Assembly (NCBI GenBank): GCA_963665125.2
Contig: CAXXUK010000001.1
Coordinates: 64,001 to 128,000, forward strand
DNA length: 64,000 nt
Direction of reading: 5' to 3'
From: an uncultured Desulfarculus sp.
GTDB lineage: Bacteria > Desulfobacterota > Desulfarculia > Desulfarculales > Desulfarculaceae
The notes beneath the pieces were generated by a model. The model had not been told where the DNA came from. It did no database searches and worked only from the letters and a program-made list of their open reading frames with translations. Shown here one piece after another: positions 48,430 to 58,411 of the stretch (position 1 is its first letter; each line of letters starts with the position of its first letter). A program made the position numbers and the translations under genes.

Positions 48430-49122
48430 TTATTTTCTTGCCAATTCCGCGGGCAGTTTGGCCAGATCCTCTTCCAGGCCTGTAGCCAGTGTCAGCTTCT
48501 TGGAATAGCCGTAGGCGCCCTTGTCGACCGACATCATATCCTGGCAGGCGAATTTGATCGCTTCAAGGATGGACTGACCCTGGGGAACCACGGCGTTGAT
48601 GATTTTCTTTTCCAGGGCCTCCGCCGGGCTGTAGACATGGGCATGCAGCCAAAGCTCGTGCACGTATTCGGCGGGCACCACCTTTTTGCAGATGTTGCAC
48701 ATCCACGAAGGCAGGATCATGCCGGTGAGCATCTCGTTCATTTGCAGGCGGATGTCTACGTCCATGACAAAGCGGCGGTCACAGGCCAGGGCAAGTTGCA
48801 TGCCGCCGGCAATGGCGTGGCCCTCGATGGCCGCCACGGTGGGGATGTCCAATAAAAAGACGCGGCACATGGTCTGGCCGAACTGGGTCACCAACTCAAG
48901 AAGCTGCTCCATGCTCAGGCCGGGCATGATCTTCAGGTTCAGGCCGCCACAGAACAGACCCTGGCGTCCCTTGAACACCACAAGCTTGGCGTCGTCGGCC
49001 TGGGCCTGGTCAATGGCCTCGTTCAACTCGGCGAACATTTCAAAGTCAAAGGCGTTGGCTTTGCCGTCGTCCATGGCGATAACGGCCACGCTGTCCTCAA
49101 TGCTATAGGTTACTTTGATCAT
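48430..49122 (-). CDS. Enoyl-CoA hydratase/isomerase family protein
   Basis: MDDGKANA, FCGGLNL, GHAIAGG..LACD. Confidence 0.9.
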   Translation of the reverse strand: MIKVTYSIEDSVAVIAMDDGKANAFDFEMFAELNEAIDQAQADDAKLVVFKGRQGLFCGGLNLKIMPGLSMEQLLELVTQFGQTMCRVFLLDIPTVAAIEGHAIAGGMQLALACDRRFVMDVDIRLQMNEMLTGMILPSWMCNICKKVVPAEYVHELWLHAHVYSPAEALEKKIINAVVPQGQSILEAIKFACQDMMSVDKGAYGYSKKLTLATGLEEDLAKLPAELARK

Positions 49123-49227
49123 TGCGGCTCCGGTTTTATTGCAAAAGTGATCATGGTTTACAATGTGAATGATACGTTTTACGTCAGCAGGGGAAATATT
49201 TCAAGCATTTGCGTGCTCTGCCGCTGG

Positions 49228-51390
49228 TCAGCCGGAGATGCGCCCGGTCAGGGCCTCCATGATGTGGCAGGCCCTGATTCCGGAGCCGCGTTGGTCGAGT
49301 CCGCCGCGCAGTTGCAGCACGCAGCCGGGACAGTCGGTGACCACGGCCTCCGCTCCTGTGGATTCGATGTTGTCCAGCTTTTGGCCCAGAATGCGCGCCG
49401 AGAGCATGGGGAAGTCCACCGAGAACGATCCGCCGAAGCCGCAGCAGACCTCTTCCTCGGCGTATGGCAGGTATTTCAGGCCGGCGCGGGCCAATAGCTC
49501 TCGAGGTGCGTCATGCACGCCCAGGCCTCGGCACAGGTGGCAGGGCGCATGATAGGCCAGCTTGGCTGGGGCTGGCTTGCCCTCGGGCTGCCAGTCCACC
49601 ACATCGGCCAAGAACGAGCTGGCGTCGATGATCCTGCCGCAGAAACCATCCAGGGCCGCCGGGTCCACGCCCATGAGCCGGGCCAGCTTGGGGTAGCCGT
49701 GCCTCAGGTGCGAGGCGCAACTGGCGCACAGGGTCACGATGTAGTCGTAATCACCGGCCGCGAAGGCCTCGACGTTGGCCTTGGCCACCTTGGCGGCCAT
49801 GACCTCATCGGCCATCATGGCCAGGGGCAGACCGCAGCAGCTCTGGCCCAAGGGCATATCCAGGGCCACCTCCCGCCCTTGTATCAGCCCGATGAACGCC
49901 TCTGCCTGCTCGGGGTAGACAAAATCATTGAGGCATCCGGCGAAAAGGGCGGCCTTGATCTTGGGCGCTTGGACCTTGGGCGCGATAGCCGCCCAGCGGT
50001 CCCTGAGCGGCTCCCGGACAATGACCGGCAGGCTGCGGAACCTGTGGTCTTCGTGGAAGAACATGGGCAAATGGCGGATCAGCCTTGAGCTGCCGTCGGC
50101 CAATGGCTGCTGGGCCAGGCGCGCCGAGCGCAGCATGGCGTGGAAAATCCTGCGGTCGCCCATGGCCAGGGCCAGCAGGCGGTTTTTGACCGGCGGTCCG
50201 TTGTCGGCCCGGTATACCCGGCCCATGGTCTTTTTGACCAGGTGCGGCAGGTCTATGCCCGCGGCGCAGATCTCCTTGCAGGCCCCGCAGTTGAGGCAGG
50301 CCTTGACGATGGCCCTGGCGTTGTCCTTGCCATGATAGAGCATGGTCAGGATCAGGCCGATGGCCCCGATATAGACATGGCCGTAGTTGTGGCCGCCCAC
50401 CTGGCGGTACACCGGGCAGACATTGGCGCAGGCGCCGCAGCGCACGCAGCGCAGGGCCTGGCCCAGGATGGGGTCCGCGGCCAGGGCCAGGCGGCCGTTG
50501 TCCAGAAACACGATGTGCATCTGCTTGCGCCCGTCATCCGAGGCGGCGCACTGGTTGGCCCCGGTGATCCATGTGACATATGTGCTGATGACCTGGCCGG
50601 TGGCGTTCTTGGGCAGCACCCGCAGGATCTTCAACGCCGACTCCAGGTCGGGCAGCAGTTTGTCCAGGCCCACAAGGGCCACGTGGATGCGGGGCAGGGT
50701 GGTGGTCAGTCGGGCGTTGCCCTCGTTGGTCACCAGGCCGATGGTGCCCGTCTCGGCAATGGCGAAGTTGGCCCCGCTGACGCCCATGTCGGCCTCCAGA
50801 TAGGCCTGGCGCAGCCACTTGCGGGCCACCTTGACCATGCCCTCGATGTCGTCGGGGTCTTGCGCTTGGCCGGTGACTTTGGTGAATAGTTCGGCCACCT
50901 GGGCCCGACTGAGGTGAATGGCCGGCATTACCATGTGGCTGGGGCCTTCGTGGCGAAGCTGGATGATCCACTCGCCCAGGTCGGTCTCGGTGACCTGGAA
51001 GCCCCGGGCCTCCAGGTGGTCGTTCAAAAACGTCTCTTCGGCGGTCATGGACTTGGCCTTGACCACCTTGCGGGCGCCCGCCTCCCGGCCTATCTCGGCA
51101 ATGATCCGGTTGGCCCCGGCGGCGTCGGCGGCCAGGTGCACGTGCACGCCCTTGGCCGTGGCCTGCTGTCTGAATTGCTCGAACAACTCCATGATACGGG
51201 GCAGGCCGCTGTCCTTGATTTGGCCGATCTCGGCAGCCAGGGCGGCGAAATCCATCCCCGCGAAGACGTTTGGCCGGTTTTCGCGGTAGGAGCGGAAAAA
51301 AGAGTCCAGGGCGGCCGAAAGAAATTCATCACCCAGGGCCGCGCGCAGCTGCCGGTGGTAGTCCTTGATATTGGACGGCGTATTGATCAT
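49228..51390 (-). CDS. lldH: L-lactate dehydrogenase large subunit (LutB plus CCG-domain fusion, LldH/LdhH type)
   Basis: KSMTAEE, ETDLGEWI, SHMVMPAIH, CVRCGACANVCP, two CCG domains. Confidence 0.88.
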   Translation of the reverse strand: MINTPSNIKDYHRQLRAALGDEFLSAALDSFFRSYRENRPNVFAGMDFAALAAEIGQIKDSGLPRIMELFEQFRQQATAKGVHVHLAADAAGANRIIAEIGREAGARKVVKAKSMTAEETFLNDHLEARGFQVTETDLGEWIIQLRHEGPSHMVMPAIHLSRAQVAELFTKVTGQAQDPDDIEGMVKVARKWLRQAYLEADMGVSGANFAIAETGTIGLVTNEGNARLTTTLPRIHVALVGLDKLLPDLESALKILRVLPKNATGQVISTYVTWITGANQCAASDDGRKQMHIVFLDNGRLALAADPILGQALRCVRCGACANVCPVYRQVGGHNYGHVYIGAIGLILTMLYHGKDNARAIVKACLNCGACKEICAAGIDLPHLVKKTMGRVYRADNGPPVKNRLLALAMGDRRIFHAMLRSARLAQQPLADGSSRLIRHLPMFFHEDHRFRSLPVIVREPLRDRWAAIAPKVQAPKIKAALFAGCLNDFVYPEQAEAFIGLIQGREVALDMPLGQSCCGLPLAMMADEVMAAKVAKANVEAFAAGDYDYIVTLCASCASHLRHGYPKLARLMGVDPAALDGFCGRIIDASSFLADVVDWQPEGKPAPAKLAYHAPCHLCRGLGVHDAPRELLARAGLKYLPYAEEEVCCGFGGSFSVDFPMLSARILGQKLDNIESTGAEAVVTDCPGCVLQLRGGLDQRGSGIRACHIMEALTGRISG

Positions 51391-51941
51391 GACGCGCCTC
51401 CGGGCAGGATCACCATATGCAACTGGACCGGCCCGTGCACCCCGATGGTCAGGACACGCTCGATGTCGGCGGTTCGGCTGGCCCCGGAGATGCAGGCCAG
51501 ATACCCCGGACCCGAGGCCATCAGTTCCTTCATGGGCCCGGTCAGGGCCATCATGTCAGTGGCGATGTTGTCCTCGTACAGCACGGCCACGTGGATTTCG
51601 CCCAGCATGGTGGCCAGGCGCAGGTCTTCGTCGGCCGAATCCACCAGGATGGTTCCGGTCTCGGCGGCCGCCCATTGGGCCGGAGTCAGGGCCGTGAACG
51701 GTTCGGCGGCATGGTTTCGGATATTCGAGGTGATCAGTGCCAACCCGTCTTTTTCGCAGGCCTCATTGATTAGGCGCAGTTCCGCATCGTCCCAGCCAAA
51801 GGCGGCGATTGACTTGCAACCATTTTGGACGGCAACCCGGCAGGCGTAGGCGGCGGCCTGGGATATGTCGTCGGCCGTTTGGCAAAACCCGCTGGCCGCT
51901 TCGAGCCTTTGCCGGAAGGAGGCTGATAATTCCTGGGACAT
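51387..51941 (-). CDS. lldG: Lactate utilization protein LutC/LldG
   Basis: AETGT, ISGASRTADIERVLTIGVHGP; ATGA coupling to lldH. Confidence 0.88.
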   Translation of the reverse strand: MSQELSASFRQRLEAASGFCQTADDISQAAAYACRVAVQNGCKSIAAFGWDDAELRLINEACEKDGLALITSNIRNHAAEPFTALTPAQWAAAETGTILVDSADEDLRLATMLGEIHVAVLYEDNIATDMMALTGPMKELMASGPGYLACISGASRTADIERVLTIGVHGPVQLHMVILPGGAS

Positions 51942-52058
51942 GGCACGTCGCAAGTTAGTGGTTTCAAGTATTGGACGGAAGCATTAATCTGTTTACAGAT
52001 AGTCTAGCCCGGTTTTGGCATGCCGGTAAAGGATAAGCGGTTTACAAAGGGAGCGGCC

Positions 52059-53438
52059 ATGTCCGATGAACTGGTAAAACGGTTGAAAGTCCTGCTTGGG
52101 GAAGACTGCGTGATGTCGGACCAGGCGGATATGCTGACCTATTCCTATGACGCCGCCGTTCTTGAGCCGGTGATGCCCGCCGTGGCCGTGCGACCCACCA
52201 GCACCGGCCAGTTGGGCCCCATCGTGGAGACGTGCAATAAATACAAAGTGCCCATAACCGTGCGCGGATCGGGCACCAACCTCTCCGGGGGGACCATACC
52301 CGCCGCGGGGGGCGTGGTGTTGTTGACCGGCGCGTTGAACCGGATCGTCGAGATCAACCCGGCGGATATGTACGCCATTGTTGAGCCGGGCGTTGTCACG
52401 GCCCGTTTCGCCGCCGAGGCGGCAAAACACGGGCTGTTCTATCCGCCCGATCCGGGCAGTCAGGCCGTGTCCACCCTGGGCGGCAATGTGGCCGAAAACG
52501 CCGGGGGCCTGCGCGGCCTCAAATACGGCGTCACCCGGGACTATGTCATGGGCCTGCAGTTCTGCGACAGCCAGGGCGGCTTGGTGAAAAGCGGCTCGCG
52601 CACGGTGAAATGCGTCACCGGCTACAACCTGGCCGGGCTTTTCGTGGGCAGCGAGGGCACCCTGGGCGTGGTCAGCGAGATAACCCTGAAACTGGTGCCG
52701 CCGCCCCAGGCCAACCGGGCCATGATGGCCACATTCGCCAGCGTCGACGCGGCGGGGCGAACCGTGGCCGAGATCATCGCGGCCCGCATCGTGCCCGCCA
52801 CCTTGGAGCTGATGGACAATTTCACCATCAGGGCGGTGGAGGACTATGCCAAGGCCGGGCTGCCCGTTGACGCGGCTGCGCTGTTGCTCTTCGAGGTCGA
52901 CGGCCATCCGGCCCAGGTGGAGGACGAGGCCCGCATGGTGCAGAAGATCTGCCGGGATCAGGGCGCATCGGATGTGCAGGTGGCAAGCGACGCGGCCCAG
53001 CGGGACAAGGTCTGGGAGGCCCGGCGGGCCGCGCTCTCGGCCCTGGCCCAGCGCAAACCTACCCTGGTGTTGGAAGACGCCACTGTGCCCAGGTCCAAGA
53101 TTCCGGCCATGCTGGCGGCCATCGACGGCATTGCCGCGGAATTCGGCCTGACCATCGGCACATTCGGCCATGCCGGGGACGGCAACCTGCACCCCACCAT
53201 CCTCTGCGACAAGCGCGACCAAAAGCAGTGGCACCGGGTGGAGCAGGCCATCGACGCCCTGTTTGACAAGGCCCTGGCCCTGGGCGGCACCCTTTCGGGA
53301 GAGCACGGCATCGGCCTGGCCAAGAGGCGCTATCTGGAACAGGAGACCAGCGCGGCCACCATCGCCTGGTCAAAGCGGATGAAGGCGGCCCTTGACCCCA
53401 ACAACATCCTCAACCCCGGCAAGATAATAGGCGGTTGA
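52059..53438 (+). CDS. FAD-binding D-lactate/glycolate dehydrogenase subunit (GlcD-like)
   Basis: RGSGTNLSGG, YPPDPGS, GSEGTLG, HAGDGNLH, EHGIG, LNPGK. Confidence 0.92.
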   Translation: MSDELVKRLKVLLGEDCVMSDQADMLTYSYDAAVLEPVMPAVAVRPTSTGQLGPIVETCNKYKVPITVRGSGTNLSGGTIPAAGGVVLLTGALNRIVEINPADMYAIVEPGVVTARFAAEAAKHGLFYPPDPGSQAVSTLGGNVAENAGGLRGLKYGVTRDYVMGLQFCDSQGGLVKSGSRTVKCVTGYNLAGLFVGSEGTLGVVSEITLKLVPPPQANRAMMATFASVDAAGRTVAEIIAARIVPATLELMDNFTIRAVEDYAKAGLPVDAAALLLFEVDGHPAQVEDEARMVQKICRDQGASDVQVASDAAQRDKVWEARRAALSALAQRKPTLVLEDATVPRSKIPAMLAAIDGIAAEFGLTIGTFGHAGDGNLHPTILCDKRDQKQWHRVEQAIDALFDKALALGGTLSGEHGIGLAKRRYLEQETSAATIAWSKRMKAALDPNNILNPGKIIGG

Positions 53439-53440
53439 TC

Positions 53441-54763
53441 ATGGGCGATATAGCTAATCTCGGGGCCATGATGGGGCAGTTGGAGGAGCAACTGACCCAG
53501 TGCATGCGTTGCGGCCTGTGCCAGTCGGTATGCCCGCTGTATGCCCAGACCGGCCGGGAGGCCGATGTGGCCAGGGGCAAGCTGGCCCTGCTGGACGGAC
53601 TGGCCAAGCAGCTTTTGGAAGACCCCCAAGGGGCCAGGGATCGGGTTGAGCGTTGCCTGCTCTGCGGTTCGTGCGCGGCCAATTGCCCCAGCGGCGTCAG
53701 CGCCCTGGAGATATTCCTGAAGGCCCGGGCCATCCTCAGCGGCTACATGGGCCTGTCACCCGTGAAAAAGGCCGTGTTCCGGGGCATGTTGGCCCGTCCG
53801 GCCCTGTTCCACCGGCTCATGGCCCTGGCCCCCAAGTTTCAGGTCATCTTCGGCAGACCTGCCGACGACCTGTTGGGCACTTCCTGCGCACGCCTGGAGT
53901 GGCCCCTGGGGAAAAGGCATTTCCGGCGGCTGGCCGGGCAGCCTTTTCAAGTTGAGGCGCCCGCGTTGCAAAAGCCGGAAGGCGGCTCGGGCATGACGGT
54001 GGCCTTTTTTACCGGCTGCCTGATTGACAAGCTATATCCTCAGGTGGGCCGGGCTACGGCCAAGGCCCTGGCGCATCACGGCGTGGGCCTGCAAATCCCG
54101 GAAAATCAGGCTTGTTGCGGCATCCCGGCCCTGTCGGCCGGTGATATCCGGGCCTTTGAAAAAATGCTGCGCCACAACCTGCAATTATTCGATCCCGGGC
54201 GCTTTGATTACCTACTCACCTCTTGCGCCACCTGCACCTCGACCATAAAAAAACTCTGGCCCGCCATGAGCGGCGGACTGCCCCAGACCCTCCGGGACCA
54301 AGTGGCGGCTTTGGCGGATAAAACCAGGGATATCAGCCAGCTTTTGGTGGACAGCGGCCTGCTGGGCCAGACCGGGCCGCAGGCTGGAACTGGTGGCCAA
54401 TCCGCAAGGGTCACCTATCATGATCCCTGTCATTTGCGCAAATCCCTGGGTGTGTGGCAGCAGCCCAGAGAGGTGCTGCGGCATTCGCCGGGCGTGGATC
54501 TGGTGGAAATGGCCGAGCCGGAGTGGTGCTGCGGCATGGGCGGCAGCTTTAATCTGCAGCACTATGATCTCTCGGCGGCTATTGGCGAGCGCAAACTGGG
54601 CAATATCCGTGGTTCGGGAGCATCAATAGTGGCCACCTCATGCCCGGCCTGCATGAGCCAGATCAGCGACGGCCTTTCCCGCTCCGGTGGCGGAGTCGCG
54701 GTCAAGCACGTTATCGAGCTATACGCCGACGGCCTGATTGATGCAGATAAATCGCAGTCATGA
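53441..54763 (+). CDS. Fe-S subunit of D-lactate/glycolate dehydrogenase (GlcF-like)
   Basis: CMRCGLCQSVCP, CLLCGSCAANCP, two CCG domains, YHDPCHL. Confidence 0.9.
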   Translation: MGDIANLGAMMGQLEEQLTQCMRCGLCQSVCPLYAQTGREADVARGKLALLDGLAKQLLEDPQGARDRVERCLLCGSCAANCPSGVSALEIFLKARAILSGYMGLSPVKKAVFRGMLARPALFHRLMALAPKFQVIFGRPADDLLGTSCARLEWPLGKRHFRRLAGQPFQVEAPALQKPEGGSGMTVAFFTGCLIDKLYPQVGRATAKALAHHGVGLQIPENQACCGIPALSAGDIRAFEKMLRHNLQLFDPGRFDYLLTSCATCTSTIKKLWPAMSGGLPQTLRDQVAALADKTRDISQLLVDSGLLGQTGPQAGTGGQSARVTYHDPCHLRKSLGVWQQPREVLRHSPGVDLVEMAEPEWCCGMGGSFNLQHYDLSAAIGERKLGNIRGSGASIVATSCPACMSQISDGLSRSGGGVAVKHVIELYADGLIDADKSQS

Positions 54764-54818
54764 CGGGCGGCTGTGGACAATAGTCGGCCGGTGTGATAAT
54801 AAATGCTGCGTAATGGTT

Positions 54819-54895
<77 letters not shown>

Positions 54896-54905
54896 TAATG
54901 ATATC

Positions 54906-54948
54906 AAGAAGTTAGGACCTCTTCGGAGGTCCTAACTTCTTTTGTTTT
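54906..54948 (+). terminator. Terminator after the tRNA
   Basis: 16-bp perfect stem with TTCG loop plus T tract. Confidence 0.85.
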
Positions 54949-54955
54949 GTACCCC

Positions 54956-54977
54956 ATTCCCCACACTATTCCCCACA
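54956..54977. repeat. Direct repeat ATTCCCCACA x2 (possible integrase arm sites)
   Basis: 54956-54965 and 54968-54977, just past the tRNA terminator. Confidence 0.5.
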
Positions 54978-55243
54978 TGAATAATGAAAATTTGCTGCCG
55001 AAGTAGCCATTCGCCTCAATACCTTTGCCTTCTGACTACGGGTTCTCTTCGTGCCACAACGCCTGGTGTTGCCAGTCTCTTTTAATGCCCAAGCGCGATG
55101 TTTCATAGTGCTTCTCCCGGCGCATCAGCCAAGGACGTTACGCCTTTAGCTACCCTGATAAACTATTGGCCTGGGTAGATGACTGATATAGCGCATAAAA
55201 TAAGAAAAAGGACGCTCGGCGGGCGAGGTTGAGATGAAAAAAA

Positions 55244-55282
55244 TGGTCACCTGTTAGTCCAAGTGGGTACCTGTTGGTCCAA
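55244..55282. repeat. 20-bp-period direct repeat upstream of the HTH gene
   Basis: TGGTCACCTGTTAGTCCAA / TGGGTACCTGTTGGTCCAA. Confidence 0.6.
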
Positions 55283-55347
55283 CCGCATCTTCTTATCCTC
55301 CTACAGGCTCGGTAAGCTGGAACCAGACGTTGAGCAAGGAGGCCGCA

Positions 55348-55554
55348 ATGGACACAAGATTTCTAACCCCGGCAGAAGCCGCCCAGTACTTAAGAACCTC
55401 AGCTGCCGCCCTGGCTAATCATAGGTATCGGGGCACAGGACCGCCGTACCTCAAATTTGGCAGACGGGTTCTATACGATCTCAGGGACATCCAGATCTGG
55501 GTGGATGGTCACAAAGTGGAAATGATCCAGCATCCCAGAACAATGGCGCTATAG
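55348..55554 (+). CDS. Excisionase/AlpA-like HTH protein
   Basis: LTPAEAAQYL...R..G.GPPYLKFGRRVLY; AAGGAGG SD. Confidence 0.85.
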   Translation: MDTRFLTPAEAAQYLRTSAAALANHRYRGTGPPYLKFGRRVLYDLRDIQIWVDGHKVEMIQHPRTMAL

Positions 55555-55580
55555 CACGCTCCAAGGATAAGGAAACCATC

Positions 55581-55964
55581 ATGACCTCAAAGAAGCAGAT
55601 AACGGCAAATCGCAAGAACGCCCAGAAATCCACCGGTGCCAAAACTGAGAGGGGTAAGGAGAACAGTAAAATGAACGCCTTGAAGCATGGCCTTACGGCC
55701 AGAGAGATACTTCTGCCAGGTGAAAATGAGATGCATTTCAAGGAGCTAAGAAAAGCCTTGAGGCGAGAGTACAAACCTGAGACCGCCACCCAAGAGGTTT
55801 GCTTCAGGCAAGTAGTCTTGAGCGCCTGGAGTTTACTACGTGCCGCCAAGGCTGACCCCTTCATCATAAAGGGTTTTATGAAGGAAAAAGGCGTGAATAA
55901 CAACGGTAATGAAGAAGATGCCCTATGCGAGGCACTGGTCCAGTCCATCTCTGATGGCAAGTGA
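55581..55964 (+). pseudogene. Conserved hypothetical protein truncated by IS3
   Basis: ANRKNAQKSTG.KT..GK..S..NALKHGL N-terminus; the stop codon is the TGA of the IS terminal repeat. Confidence 0.7.
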
Positions 55965-55991
55965 TCTTCCCCCATTTTTGTGGACACGTAG

Positions 55992-56855
55992 TTAAGCAGC
56001 CATGTTGATCATCTCATATTGAGCCGGGTTCATGTACCCCAGAGCTGAGTGTTTGCGGCTGCGGTTGTAGAAGACTTCGATGTACTCAAAGATGTCAGCC
56101 TTGGCCTGCGTCCTGCTCAGATAATCTTTATGCGCCACCAGTTCGGTTTTCAGGGAATGAAACCAGCTTTCCATGGGCGCGTTATCCCAGCAGTCGCCCT
56201 TGCGGCTCATGCTGCATATCATGCGGTGCGACTTCAGCTTTTTGCGATAGGCCTTGCTGGCATATTGACGTCCTTGATCTGAATGATGGATCAGCCCCGG
56301 CCCCGGCCTCCGCCGGTCCACCGCCATGTTCAGAGCATCGAGCACCAGCTTTTTGGTCATGCGGCTCGACATGGACCAGCCCACGATCAGCTTGGAATAA
56401 AGATCCAGGACGGCCGCCAGGTACAGCCAGCCTTCACGAGTAGGAATGTAGGTTATATCAGCCAGCCATTTTTGATCAGGGCCGTCCGCTTCAAAGTCCC
56501 GCCCCAGGATATTGGGGGCTGCCAGGTGGCCGTGATTGGAATCCGTGGTGGCCTTGTACTTTTTCTTCTGCTTGGCAGCGATGCCGTTATCGCGCATTAA
56601 TCGAGCCACCCGGTTCTCGCTCACATGGATTTCACGATCCTTGAGTTCCGCCTGTATCCGGGGGCTTCCGTACACGCCACGATTTTCTTTATGAATGGCC
56701 TTGATCTCGACAACGAGCCTCCGGTTCTCTCGCGCCCGGCTGCTTTCCGGCCGGTTCAGCCAAGCGTAGTACCCGCTGGCTGACACCTCCAAAATCCGGC
56801 ACATACGCCTGATCTGGAATCCTTCACTCTGATCCCTGATGAACTGAAACTTCAT
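55992..56855 (-). CDS. IS3 transposase OrfB (DDE)
   Basis: WLADITY, HHSDQG, CWDNAPMES, YNRSRKHS. Confidence 0.95.
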   Translation of the reverse strand: MKFQFIRDQSEGFQIRRMCRILEVSASGYYAWLNRPESSRARENRRLVVEIKAIHKENRGVYGSPRIQAELKDREIHVSENRVARLMRDNGIAAKQKKKYKATTDSNHGHLAAPNILGRDFEADGPDQKWLADITYIPTREGWLYLAAVLDLYSKLIVGWSMSSRMTKKLVLDALNMAVDRRRPGPGLIHHSDQGRQYASKAYRKKLKSHRMICSMSRKGDCWDNAPMESWFHSLKTELVAHKDYLSRTQAKADIFEYIEVFYNRSRKHSALGYMNPAQYEMINMAA

Positions 56856-57148
56856 TTTGGCATCCGCGAGAAGATGCCGATGGCTTTTTTTAATATGTCA
56901 CGCTCCTGGCGTACAATGGCCAGTTCGCGTCTCAGATGGGCTAGCTCCTCATCTTGCGGCTTTAAATTGCCCTTGCCTGGGAAGGCCTGCTCAGGGTCTG
57001 CTTCGAGCTGCTTCTTCCAGCGGCCCAGCACGGTCTGGCTGATGCCAAGGTCCCTGGCCGCCTGGGAAATGCTCAAACCTCCCTCGGTGACCAAGGCCAC
57101 GGCTTCGATCTTGAACTCCCGGCTATAACTCCTGCGTCTGTTGCCCAT
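56852..57148 (-). CDS. IS3 transposase OrfA (HTH)
   Basis: YSREFKIEAV, ARDLGI, ERDILKKA. Confidence 0.95.
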   Translation of the reverse strand: MGNRRRSYSREFKIEAVALVTEGGLSISQAARDLGISQTVLGRWKKQLEADPEQAFPGKGNLKPQDEELAHLRRELAIVRQERDILKKAIGIFSRMPK

Positions 57149-57248
57149 TCAACACCTCCAAGCAATTCATATCATGCTTTTCGAGGTGTCCACAATTTCA
57201 GGGGAACTTCAATACACCATATGCCTGAAGGCCAAACTGTCAACGCAA

Positions 57249-58094
57249 TTAGTGACTAGGACAATATAATCGTATTGGGTGGCTCTTATAGCCTGCCTTT
57301 TCCTTTGCGGTTGTCCAGGCCGTTTTCAGGCTATTGATATTCCGGCCATTATAATGGATTACCCACGGTATGTTTGCAGCTTTGTCTTGTTCATATCTGA
57401 GTTTAGCTCTTTCCATGAACGACTTTTGAAGGGACACACGCTTCAAACCTGCGTTCTTACCCTGCACGATTTCAACATAACCTGAGCGCCATTTGAAGCT
57501 ATCCCACTTCAACTGTAGCAGTTCGACCTTACCTGGCCTGAGGGCCAAATTAAGGCTGACCTCCATGGCCCATTTCAAATGAGGGGCGGCATGTTCCATG
57601 ATCTTCCTGAAGTCATCAACTGTAGTGGAAACCACAAAGGGCTCTTCCTTGAGCTTGGATGCTCCCTGCCACGGATTTCTGAGGATCAGTTCCTGCTCCA
57701 CACCCCAATTCAGAATGGCCTTGATGTAAGTGAACGCCCGATTGATAGTAGAAGCTTTAAGGTGCTTCAATCTCAACCGCATCGCTTCGAGATCTCTACG
57801 GCTAATTTTGTCGCAGGGTTTTTCAATGAAGCTTTTGCAGGCATTGGCCAAATATCTGACCATATCTTTCCTTGTTTGTTGAGAAAGCCTGTCTGCCACT
57901 GACTCAAAATAGTGGTCAGCCAATTCTGCTAAGGTTGGTACTTGGTTTTCTGCTCTGGCGAGGGCTTTCTTCAATTCGCTGTCAAAGTCTCTGGCCTGTG
58001 CTTCACCGTCTTTGCCAAAGCTTTTCGTTGTCCACTTACCGTTGTTTTTGTATTTGACGAACCAATAGCCGTCCTTTCTTTGATGTACTGACAT
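57249..58094 (-). pseudogene. Tyrosine integrase, C-terminally truncated
   Basis: Arm-binding N-terminus, LALRPG; ends IRLYCPSH* with no HxxR box or catalytic Tyr region. Confidence 0.8.
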
Positions 58095-58121
58095 GATTTA
58101 CACTTCCAATACAACCCAGGT

Positions 58122-58328
58122 CTAAGACCAGCGCTGTTTGAGGTCAACGCCGGTTACGGCGGCTTTTCTGGATTTCAAGGCGGGTAGGATCGCCTCTATC
58201 GCATCGGTGTGGAACTTGATGGCATCAAGGTGCTCACGAATTTCAGCGATCTGTTCCTTTGATATGGGAGGTTCGAAGGTAATTGGGATTTTTGGCTTTT
58301 GTCTCTGGATGTTACTGTTTCTCTTCAT
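58122..58328 (-). CDS. Hypothetical protein (68 aa)
   Basis: AGGAGA SD; co-oriented upstream of the integrase. Confidence 0.5.
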   Translation of the reverse strand: MKRNSNIQRQKPKIPITFEPPISKEQIAEIREHLDAIKFHTDAIEAILPALKSRKAAVTGVDLKQRWS

Positions 58329-58411
58329 TGGACACTCTCCTGTTTGAGAGTTTGTCCTCCTTTGAGAGAAACGGCTTAAATCTGTGACCGTGGCCTGTTG
58401 TTCCCTCCCCA

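Larger units (their letters stand above)
55962..57211 (-). mobile_element. IS3-family insertion sequence (1250 bp)
   Basis: Inverted repeats TGATCTTCCCCCATTTTTGTGGACAC / TGAAGTTCCCCTGAAATTGTGGACAC; orfA/orfB; A7G slippery site at 56884-56891. Confidence 0.95.
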
